From Bugula neritina (Eukaryota > Animalia > Bryozoa), in assembly GCA_964035545.1 (NCBI GenBank), contig OZ037768.1, positions 18,025,700 through 18,089,699 on the forward strand: a DNA stretch of 64,000 nucleotides, read 5' to 3'. Numbering within the stretch: the stretch's first letter is position 1; the number at the start of each line of letters is the position of its first letter. The notes beneath the pieces are model-generated. The model had not been told where the DNA came from. It ran no database searches and was given only the letters and a program-made list of their open reading frames with translations. Below, piece by piece: positions 1 through 12,002 of the stretch. A program made the translations under genes and the position numbers.

Positions 1-217
1 AAGAGAAAATAGCTAATACTGATTTGTGACTATAGTTGATGTATGTTCTGTTTAAAAAGAAAGTCAGAGTGCATTAGTTTCTAAATTATATTTTCAATTT
101 GAGAAGATTATCATCAATAAGTTGCCTGCATCGGTTGTATGTATCACTTTATAAGTTATAATGGCATATTATATTTTATTGGACTTTGTGATTTACAAAA
201 TCACTATTATACAATAC

Positions 218-294
218 CAATGGCGCCCGCATATTAACCACATAGGTCATGGAGTTTATAGCTGTTCTGGAGTAACGCGTCAGAGGGTCAGCAA
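218..294 (-). CDS. Possible exon of an unidentified gene running off the left edge of the window
   Basis: 77-nt segment with ctttatactag acceptor and gtattg donor, open in only one frame (xADPLTRYSRTAINSMTYVVNMRAPL). A phase-compatible upstream ATGC|gtaggt donor lies at about 1195-1204. No family recognised. Confidence 0.3.
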
Positions 295-429
295 CTAGTA
301 TAAAGGTCATTTGTTTAAAAACACTAAGCTACATAAGTTTTATAAAAGAGGCAGAGCCGGTTGTAAATATGACACACATATTTTACCTAGATTTTACTGT
401 ATATTTTATACTTATAGTTATAGCAAAAC

Positions 430-830
430 TAAATGTAATACTTATACTAACAGTAATACTAATAGTAATAGTATTACTACTCCTAGTAATATTAGTATAT
501 TACTATTAGTATTAGCAATACTGTATTAACATTACTTATTTCATTATATTTGTTCTACTATTACTACTAGTACTAGTACTAAGAGTATTAGTAATACCAA
601 TACTAATATTTAATGTTATACTTATACTTATAATACTGTCTTATAATGTAGTAATAGTAATACTAAATCTAATACAGTAATACTAATAGTAATACTAATA
701 GTATCAGTATGGATATCACTATGAGTCATACTGAATCATACTATGACTATGAGTATGAGTCATACTCATAGTCATAGTATGACTATCAGTATCGGTATCA
801 CTATCAGTATGATTATCAAGTTTGCATCAG
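430..830. repeat. Degenerate period-3/6 low-complexity array (TAGTAA/TACTAA/AGTATC-like)
   Basis: Runs such as tactaa tagtaa tagtat tactac and agtatc actatg agtatg agtcat. Confidence 0.85.
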
Positions 831-3270
831 TGCCGGTACGTAGGTACTTTAAAAGAATATCTTTAAGTTTAAGTTTAACTTCAACAGTTTAAGTTTATTG
901 AACTTAAACTTTAAAGTTAAACTCAACATTAAACTCAAGTTATTAGTTAACTTGTAAATTTAAAATTTAAATTAAATTAGTTTTTTTGTAAAATTCCAGA
1001 AGACTAAAATTATAAATATATAACAAGAGAAACGCAAAGTTAGAAATTCAAAATGCTAAGACCCAAATTTACTATAAGCGAACATTTCAGCTAAATCCAC
1101 TGCAAGGTGAAAGTGTCGTGGTTAAAAGAATTGTTTGCAAGGTACATCCAATCACTGATCCATGTTGATGTTACGTTAATTTTCAAATTTTGCTACCTAC
1201 GCATGCGTTCTACTGTTTGCAGCGCAACAGCCAAAAACTACAGGGGGGGACTATGAGTGGCCCCATCACTAAAAGCTTAGCGAGTAAAGAGAGAACTGAT
1301 TGTTTATAATAATATACCAACTGCGAAACTAGCAAGCCAATCATTCTCTATCTGTTGGCAATGATTTCAGTGTGATAACCCTTTGAACGATCTGACTCTA
1401 GCATTACAAAAACAATAGCAAGGAAATGCGACCAGCAACTCTCACCTATTATAGCCCCACAACTCACAAGTTATCAAATATTTATATGGCTTTAATTTGC
1501 ATGACATGATGCTGGTAGCTAACTGAAAATAAGTAAATATACAAAGCAAATGTTCATTTTTGGAATTGAAAAAAGTTGCAACATTAATATGCATCTAGCT
1601 TGAAATGTGCATAAAAAGAAACCCTGCTTAGTTTTGAGACCAATTTTTATCTTAAAAAAATGTTTCTTTTATTGGTTTTGTCCACATCTAAATCGATAAC
1701 AAACAAAGTTTCCATATGGGCATATTTTCAAACTTAGGAAGCTATTTTTAAAGAGATATGTCATAGCAAAGCACATGTAGGTATTCTGCTGGAAGAGAAT
1801 AGAATATTAGGAAAAACAACTTCAAGATTATTGTTCAATAATGTTGTCTAGTGGATTCTGTATTTCATTGGAGTTGCATGTCAAATATAATATAATAATT
1901 AAGCATATCAGTTCAATATACATTATAGATAATATGCTACGATACATATTTTATTCCTATTGTATAAAATCACCTACATAACTATATTACATTATTGAAA
2001 TTGCTTTTAAAAATCGAGACCCAAATTAACATATAATCGTGCAAATTTATTTTATTGCTCTGTTAGTAATATGAAGTAAGCTAGACTGCATTGGAAGGGC
2101 ACACTTTGTGAAAGTTGAATGTGAAAGGAATTTTTCGGTATTTTCTATTTCAGTTTTGAACTTTAAACTCGACCCCTACCTCATCATTGAGTCACTGAGA
2201 CAGTTGATGGCATCCATTATACAGGGAACAGTAAAATTCACAATTTGCTAATATGATATATTGTAATAAGAGATGTTATAATACAATATACATTATAATA
2301 CAATATTGTAGAGCAATATCAAAGCTAATATATCAGTTAAAGTTTTTTATTGTGTGCATATTCTTGAAAGAAAGCAAAATTTAGATACATCTGTTTATAC
2401 ATGGTTAAATCAACATTAGTCTACACAAGTTTAAGTTTTTTTTCCAAATATAGGCTACTTCAATTTAGAATTTTATCCCGTATGCAGTTGAATTAGTTCC
2501 ACCATGCAGTATATTGACATCAATTTTCAAGAATGTGTGATAGTTTACAGCAGTTGTGTCATCCTTTTTTCCTTTTACCATATATGAAACAACAAGGAAA
2601 AATGAAACAGCAGCTATAATGTGACAGAAATGAAAGGAGATTTCTACTTTTTCATACTAAATGATGATGGGGAAATTTCTGTGAAAAAGAAGGGAGAAAA
2701 TAAAAGTTTAAATTTCTAGGAGTGTCACTTTTTGCTTCTAACATGCAAGTGGGTGATAACAAGCTGCTTTGCTGTTTATAAATTGGTTTATCACTGTGCA
2801 ATATAGAACCATAACCATATTATAATATATCTATGCTATTATGGGCACACCAATGATCTAAATTCTAAAACTTCCTATAGTTAACTAAAATTATAGTTCA
2901 ATGGAACACACAATACAGCATCTCTATCAATGTGGTACTCAATATAATAGATTATAATTTTTCAATGATATTATGTCTTTTAATTTGTGGTTTCAAGTTA
3001 TGTAATACAGCCAGGGCCTCCGAAGAAATATGAATGCTGGTTGCTAATGTTATGGTAAACAGCTTTTATTTCATTTATCTGCTCATGCACGTCTCTGAAG
3101 ATAAACAGTATTCTGGTTATATCTAGCAATAGAAGAGCGGTGATTGGAATGGCCAATAAAAAATCAGTTCACAGTTCATACTTTGGTTCACCTGAGGTCA
3201 CTTGTAACCAGTGCGGTCTATGGAAAGCATGTGAAAATATTGTTAATGAGCGTTTGTCAAGTGCAAAAAC

Positions 3271-6200
3271 ATGTATGCTGGTCATCCTCAAGCAAGATTG
3301 AGAGCTCAACCCAGGGTCTGCCCTGATCAACGGTCACAGTTTGAAAATGGAGAATTTTTTCGAAAACTAACAAGAGAGTCAGAAGTAAGTTGGAAGAACT
3401 ATTTTTGGTGTAGTGTGTCCTACAGCTGTCTAAATCTAAAATCAAGTAACTGTAAGATTAACTCATCAAATTTAACTTTAAGTACGATTTGATTAAATTT
3501 AATACTAGTACTACAACTACAAGTTGAGGCTACAGAGTAAAACTAGCTGTAATAGTTACTCTTATGCTTATACTTATACCCAATAGTGTTCATATTGTGC
3601 TAACAAAATCCAAGTATTTTCTCAATGCTGGTGCATTAGACTTAGTTTCTTGAATAAAACCATATTGATATATTCAATTACAGTATTTTAATTCATTATT
3701 CAAATCTTGAGAATCAGAATCACTTCAAAAATTGTTTTACCACCAAGATAAATATATTATAACGTAATATTGTATTTATATATGCAATACAATAATATTA
3801 ATATAGGCACACAACTCAATGTTATATTATAACTCATATAAGCCCAAATGCAGTCCTATATTTATAATAAATTTGTATGTTGATATTTATGTTAGAATTA
3901 TAATACTACTATTACTATTAGTATTAACATAACACCAAATTTTAGTTCAACTACCAGCAGAAAAAATCTCTAGATTGTAGATGCATTTGATAAAAATAGA
4001 GTGGGATAGACAATATTGAGGATTCAATAATTCAATAGTTTTATAGCACCCAAAATAATTCAAGTGAAGGAAGCAAATTTTAAAGTGTGTAAGATATCTG
4101 AGACTGATGTGATGCAGATTGCTATTTATCTGGTTTCACAGATAATCTGAGGCGTGTCATATTCATTAAATTTAATACATTGGCTAGTGCTTATTGTAAA
4201 TTTGAAGTAAAAGCATGTTTTTTAACCATAAGCGTTATTCATATTATAGATACAACATTTCTTGAGCAGACAAATATGTCCATTTTAATATGTTTTCATG
4301 TAAAATTTCAAGTCGATAAAAATGGTGCCATGATAAAATAGTTAGTACTTTACAGGCTAATACCTGGTAACTATAAGTAATAACTTACCTAAAATACTTG
4401 ATTGAAGTTATATTACATTTTTAGTTGTTAATAAATATAGAGAAATAGAATTTAGATTTTATTATCCATTTATTGTCACATATAATAAATAATCTGTTAT
4501 AGTATCATCAACTGAAGGTGTCACACTCATTGTGTCAACTGGTTTTTTCAACCTCCAAAACTTACCTTACATTTAGGTTTGATAAGATTTTAGGCAAAAA
4601 AGCAGAGTTCATGTCAATATCAATAGTTACTGGGAAATTTATAAAACATTTCCGATCAATGTCAATGTCAATTTCCACTATTAAGTTTTCACATAGAAAT
4701 AATAATATCAAGCTAAATTTTTTTTCTTTATAAAAAAGTTGAATATGTAATTCCTATTTGTAAGACCTAATTTTTTGGGTAAAGGTTCATAATGCTGTAG
4801 TCACTAAATTTACAGATGGAATAATTTTACACATCCAAGGATTTATTTTGAAAAAAAATGTAAACCTCAAGATTTCTAAACAATTTGAAAAAAATTAAAA
4901 CCCACAAAAACTATACATATTTTTATTAGCAGTTTGTTATACTCTGATTCTCAACTAGTAGTTTAAAAAGATGACTTTTACAACTGTATTCACTTTTAGA
5001 TGACCTGATAATTTCATAGCTCTCCATCTGAGCTAAATGATTATTATTTCTACCAGAACTCGCAACTTTTTACATTAGATTGATTGAAGACAAGTCCAAA
5101 CTGTATTTCTACCATCACCTGTTTACATTATATTTTTAAACTTCATCTATATGTTGAGTTTAGCAAAGAAATACTTTTAAGATTAAATGAATATATCTAG
5201 CAAGTAATGCTAAATTTGGTTTTAGATAAGGTACACTGGTTACAGAGATCGCCCCACTCAAGAGAGGCAGGCTAAATTCCAACAAGAATGCCGGGAAGGA
5301 CATGCAGATGTGGTGAGTTTTGCATAATTTTCAAATCGCTGTAATAAGTTATTTGTAGAATCATTAAGTATTAACTTCATAGGCATAGCCTACCTAAAAG
5401 TTTCTTGTAAAAGTTGAAAACTTAATGAAGTTATTCTTCGCCAATCGGTACAATTCTGTCTTGAGAGTTGTTGCATTTGTGTGATATTTAGAAGATATTT
5501 ACAAGAATAAAGTGACAATCAACCCATTTTCACCACTGATAAGGATTAGCAATACTAACAATTATATCTCAGTCATTGCTAGTAAACATAAAAGAATGTG
5601 TAAATAACATTTGTTAAACTAATCAGTCTGAATTCACAGTCATTGATTCAGTAACCTGCATTTTCTATTATGTATCTACTTTTACTGTAAATTAGTCTAA
5701 AATATTATTATAAACTATGGATTGTATGAATATGATTGTTGCCTATAGTTGTGTTATATCAGTTTATCTGGTTATGATAATGTTTACTTGCATTCACAAC
5801 TACCTTCAGTATTTCTAAAATTCAACAATACCTAAGAAAATGAATGAAGATAATGGCAGTGACACTTGGGCTTGAGTTGACATAGCAATTATTTAAAGAG
5901 AGACAGATATTCAGTTATTTACAAACTATACCTAATATTTGCATTCTAGAATATTTTATGACTGAACCTAAGGCTTCTAAGCCATGACGCTGGAAGCTTT
6001 TGAATGTCCATATAATTCGAAGCTCAAGAACTGTCTAACTGGGTTAAAATAATTAGGATAATATATTACTGCACATAAAGCAAATGATGAGCATACATGT
6101 CCACATTATAGCCAATTAGTAGTGTCACTCACCCTACTGTCAGATAAGAGTTGCTGTTCATCCTGTCACCACTAACAATTGACCATTGGTCACTAGATGC

Positions 6201-9200
6201 TTACTTCCCATGCCAAAACCTATTAAATGATTATGCAACCTTGTTTAATGCGTGAGTTTGGCAGGGCTTGCTGGCACCAATGGTGTATATTTTAATAGCA
6301 GTGTTCATTATTTAGCATACACTGTCTTTTCAGTAAGCAGCTGATTTTAGTTATGACATGCGTTTATGTGTAAATTGTTATTAAATGCAATTTATGTATC
6401 TTGTAGTCATTTGTAAATAATGGAACGAATTTGGCTCTAAGCTTTGCAGCAGATCCGTACAGTGAGAACTCAGATGATCGGTTGCCAACAAAAGAAACGG
6501 TAGACTTTGAAAAAGAACAAGGAAAGGTTGGTGTTTTGTCCAGTATGAGACCAATATCAAACCATGCCTCTTCCACAGGAGTGACTAGTGGGTTTTGTGT
6601 TAAACTGTTACAGAGCCAGTAGTCTGCTTGTAGCTATTAATAGATAATAGTACACCATGCCAGTACGTCCAGTTTGTAATCAACAAGTATGGCCGAGCTC
6701 TACTAATCACTTTTGGTAATATGTTCTGTTGGCATTACCTTATCCCTTGTAATAATATGACACCTTGGAGTGCAGAAGGGCAGAGGGTTTAATCATATCT
6801 GCTTTAAAGCTTAACCAAGTGCTAACATTACATGTAACTTTCCTTTGGCTGGGTATTACATAAAACATATGGCTAGATGCAAGCATGCAAGCAATGTTTT
6901 TACCAATCTGAGTTTCCAAGATTTGCCATGAGGCTAGGATTATTAGCTACCGACAGAATTTATAAGAAATCTGCTTTGTCACTCAGATATTTCCTCCTCG
7001 CAATTGCAAGGAAATTCAATGTTATCAGCTAAATTCCAACAAATGAAGCTAGTTTGACCAGAGACTGTTCGGGAAGTTTCATTTGCTGATAAGCAGTCTT
7101 TGTCAGCTGTGAAAGTATCATGCCTTAGCCTATTTTCCATTTCCATACTCTTCTTTAAGAAGTGCACATGAGTAAATAATTTCCATAGAGCAGATTAGAA
7201 GGTATTAGAATTAGTTTTAGTATGCATTATAATTATGTATTACACCATAATCAATCAATTCTAATAAGGAATCTTTGATCGGTATTGCTTATTGAAGACA
7301 GTTTATTGAACGTTCTACTATCTACTGTTGAAGCCTTTTCTCCAAGTAATTAAAACTCATCTACACCTGTTGACTCCATGTAATATTTTATTCAAAAATA
7401 ACCTAATAGTATTTATTATGTATATAATTGTTGGTTTGTGCTAAATTGAATTTATGCTGGTTTTGGCTAAGGTTAAAGAGTGCATAAATGATATGCTAAT
7501 AAAAATGTAAATATGATTGGATTGAGGCAAATGTTTTTTATTACAATTCATATAATAAAATGTGTTGCAATCCAAGTGACACATGCAAATAACCACAACT
7601 AGAGTTTTAACAGAACTTTGGTCAACTCCAAACCCATCTCGTCCTTCCTTATTAAGTCACAGTGGAAATTCAGATTCAGATTAAAAGCTGAATATAATGA
7701 GGTTCAAATAAGTTCCTCCACCTGCATGAATAGTTGAACTATATCCCTCGCTTCGCAATGAACAACTTTATTTAGATTTTAGTGTATGTAATGAAAACCA
7801 ACTGATTTATTGGGTAAAGAAATAGTTTTACTCTGCAAAAGTGCAGGAAAGGCCAAAAATTTATGGTTTAAAAGAAGTTTTAAGCTGGTGAACAATAAAA
7901 ACTAATGAACATACTTTTCAATATTCTAATTAAATTTAATGCGACTGATGATTGAGATTTATAATTAATTTGAAAATGACACCGTATATCTTGAAAAGTA
8001 AAAATGCATTTTCAATAACCTACGATGATTTAAATAAATATGCTCAATAAATTGAAGATATCTTTATCCTCTCCAGTCATGCATCGTCGGAAAAAGTTTT
8101 TTCTTAGCAAAAACCTTTTATTTTATTTGACATTGAGATGACTTGCAAGTAATTTTCTCTGTAAAATAATATTTAAAACAATATTGTTGACTATAAATCT
8201 GATTATAAACCTGGAGGTTTGCTATTTTCTTGCTCAACATTTTAAGCTGAATAAAAATTTAACAGAATCAAACGTGAGACAAGATACATTATTTGTATTT
8301 ATCTGAATAGGGTGAAGAATAAACTTTTTTCTAATTTCTCTCTCGCTTCTTAAGAGTTTTTTTAGCAATAGCAATGTAGAACCAGAACAGGAATAAATTT
8401 TAACTATTCATGTGGGACTCTAAACTACTCTTCAGTTATGTGTTATTTAATATGCGACAAAATGTGATGTAGGAGCAATGGTGATTTTTATAAAATTAAC
8501 ATATTATACATTATAAAATATTATTTGTAAAGAAAATAAAAGTCAAGAGTCCACTAATAGTGCTTAATATTAGAAAAGCAAAATGTTCATCAAATTAAAT
8601 AGAACAAGTTTAGACATCAAATATCCACGGTTTTACTCGATGCTTATGAGCTTACTTGAGGAAACAGAAATTATTTGCCATCTTCAAATATTATATTTAG
8701 TAAAGATTTATAGTATTAAGAAAATATTCTTGTTTATATAATATTCTGGCTAAACAAGTTTATATAGAAAAGTTAAAAATATTGTCTACTATTCAAGGTC
8801 GTTCAAGTGTCAACACTAAGTGTTTATATCTAGTAATTATAGCAACTTCCAGAAAAACTGAACCGACTTGGTGGTACACCATCTCACAAACATGCACCTA
8901 GTAACACCTAGTAACCGGTAGCTAAGCTCTTGAAATAGCCTAAAATGTGGTAAAAACTAACTTATTTATACCCATACCCACAAAAATATGAGACAGGATA
9001 AGATAAGTGGCAAGCCTTCTCATTGTCTTGCCATAAATGGGAAACTCATCATTTTCAACAACACCTAGTATGTCTCTCAAGAACTTTTCCTTTATCAAAC
9101 TTCCCAACTGTTTCCCAACAAAGAATAAATTAAGTGCTTTCTGAACAAAGCATCATTAAAAATGGCAAAGTTCTTATTCATACTTTGTTTGGTGGCTTAG

Positions 9201-11279
9201 AGTATGACTTTATGTTGCAGGTTCATTTGAAAGCCAGATTTATACTGAATGGTGTTTGTGTGATATGGAAAGGATGGATTGACTGTAACAGACTAGATGG
9301 CACTGGCTGCTTGGAATTTGATGAAGAAAAGTCGTTGGTGAGCAAATGGTGTCCATATACAAGTATATCTATTTATATTTTTAATATGTTTACTATGAAA
9401 TATATCTAATATATTTAATATATTAGAAATATATTATATAGCAAATGAAATATATTTAGCAAATTATTTGATCTTGAATATATAATAAATAATTAAGAAA
9501 ATAGAAATGCTGGAACTCTGTGTAATTGCTATTACGATTTTATTAGAAAATATAACAGTAGTAATTACAGATCTTTAATTCTCGTTATAATATCAATGTC
9601 TGAGAACGTTAGATATCTATGACTATTATTTATTACTCCTCCCACCCTGCTATCAGCTTATACTTTTGTGTTGGAGATTTCAAGTAAATGTAGTCTATAC
9701 TAAAACATGGAGAGTGGTTAGTAGTGATGGTAAACACTTCTATTACTGGAAAGTAGGTCACCAGTGTTATGTGCCACCAACAGAATTTACTAAACAAAAT
9801 AAATTATAATTAAATCAATTTTGTAGATGGAAGAGTCAAAGGAGAGGGAAAGGCAAGAAAAAATTGCTTTACAAATACAAGAATTTAATCAGCAGCACAG
9901 ATTATACAGTGATCAAGAGCGGCAGGCTGAGGAGTCCGAGGTATGTGTTTTACTGTCAATTAACTTTGCCTGGAAAATTTCTTCTTTTGAGTTTGAAAGT
10001 TTAGAGTGTAAAATCTGTATCGAACAAGACTCGACTCTGGATTTTTTTCTTATAAGAATTCTGTTGTAAAACTGGTTTACGAAGTTCATAAAAAATCTGG
10101 TTTTAAGCAGAAAACATACATCTGTTCTCTTGAACGCATAAAAGGTCCCAAAACATTTGATAAAAACTTTAACAACACCAAAGAGTTTATTGCTCTTTCC
10201 TCAAATGAAAATCTGTAACATCTTGGACTTCAGAGTAATTTGACTCTCTGGGACAGTGTGGTACAGCAGATTATGTGGTAACTACTAGTATGACTGGATT
10301 ACTAACTCACTCTAAGTGACAAAACAACACTGTGGTTATACACGAGACCACAGGACTTCACTTGTATTGTATATAACTAAATAAGGATAGCACTGCTTAG
10401 CAAACAGTGAAGGGGCAGTGGCAAGTAATCTGGGTAAACAGGAAGTAATTAACAGTTCCATCAGCGTTACTTGTGGTCGAGAATTAATAAAGTAGCAAAG
10501 TCAAAAATAAGATTATTTTGCCCTATATATGCATTATGTTATCACCAACTTCTTGGAAATACTGTAACTAATGTGATATTACTGTAAAATATTGCTCTGC
10601 CGTAATGTAGTAATGTAATTGCTCCACAGGGAACCTAATAGATTTGTGAAAGGTTTGTGCAAAAAAGGACATGTCACAGAATTAAAACAGGATGTCTGCT
10701 ACCAGACAATCTTAGAAGTTATTTAGAGTTAATAAAATAGCTATCAATTATGAAAAATACTTGTTTAACATCGTGTCAATTACAGGCTATTGAATGTAAA
10801 AATATCTAGAGATTTAAAATTGTAGCAAGTTGTAATAAAAGTACATCACAAAATGGAAACCACAGCTAATAAAATATTGTTGGGCCCTTTCAGGAACCAC
10901 AGAATCTGTAGAATAAATTCATTTATTAAAGGTGAATTTGATTTGAATAAATTAGTTGGAGTAAAATACTAGAAAAGAAATAACATTTGGTTGAAGATAG
11001 AGAAACTCTAAGTGTTAAAATGTGAAGTATATTTTGAGAGTTATTATCGCCAACATGCTGGCAGTTGGATAGAAAATTCATTGTACGTTGCTACTTCCAT
11101 ATGCTTTTAATAACCATTTTCAAATGTGTAAATATGAAAACAACGTTCAGAGCCAATTTGCTATGTGCTAGGTTCTATTTCTCATTCAACATGAAATTAA
11201 TAACTGAGTTGTTTGTGTTTTGCAGAATTTAAGACGAATGAGGAGAAACGGAGGTATAAAACTGGAGCAACCATTATGA
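3271..11279 (+). CDS. CBFB: Core-binding factor subunit beta (CBFB / Brother family), 6 coding exons, about 201 aa
   Basis: Exons 3271-3384, 5226-5312, 6407-6526, 9221-9337, 9827-9940, 11226-11279, all phase-0 GT-AG. Translation includes PRVCPDQRSQFENGEFFRKLTRESE|IRYTGYRDRP, GTNLAL and FILNGVCVIWKGWIDCNRLDGTGCLEFDEE, diagnostic of CBF-beta. The last exon is the least certain. Confidence 0.96.
7725..8412. mobile_element. Putative non-autonomous TIR element in CBFB intron 3
   Basis: Inverted ends catgaatagttgaactatatccct and aggaataaattttaactattcatg (20/24 match). No ORF and no clear TSD. Confidence 0.45.
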
Positions 11280-12002
11280 TTTTATAGCAAGCAGATACAG
11301 TTTATCTCACAAGATCTCACTCCATATTAGCCCAGAGTTCCTAAACTCTTTATCTAGTTAAACAACTTGTAAATCCTGGCTACAAATAGTTAAGGAAGTA
11401 GATAAAGAGTCAAGAGTTTCATAAGAAATGGTTTTTGTTGTGCTTTTATTTTGCTACAAAAGTGAAGAAAGAAAACACAACAAGGCCTTGTACGAGTGCA
11501 ATGATCCTTGGTTGTTTTCATTGCTTATTCTCATTTTTTACACTTTTGTACCAACCTTTTATTCCATGTAAATAATTATTATAAAGATAGCCAGTATGAA
11601 ATTTTTGTTTTTGAATGAAATTTTCATTCTCATTTAAAATCGAAATCAAAAGCCTGCATAATTATATAGCTGCTATGCATATATGGTGGTATTAGAGGAA
11701 ATCTAGTTGGTTATTGTGGCAATAATAATGATCACTAGTCACCATTCCTCAGTTTCCTAAGTTTTATTGGCTAGAAGCTTAATTCATGCACTAAAAGACA
11801 TCAAACGATACCAGATATTATTAGAGTTTACAATTTTTTATTATATTTTTCAACAGAATTCTGTGTATTATTCCTCAATAATGTTTTATTCAATCATTAG
11901 AAACAATTTTACAAAAATGTTGTATAAAAATAAATTATAATACAAATTAGCCACAAAGTTACCAACGACCTAGCTTTATTATAATGATTGAATAAATTTC
12001 AG

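Noticed and set aside
1059-2039. Short motif agacccaaatt(t/a)ac..tataa.cg repeated at ~1059 and ~2017
   Set aside because: Only about 22 bp in two copies, too little to call an element.
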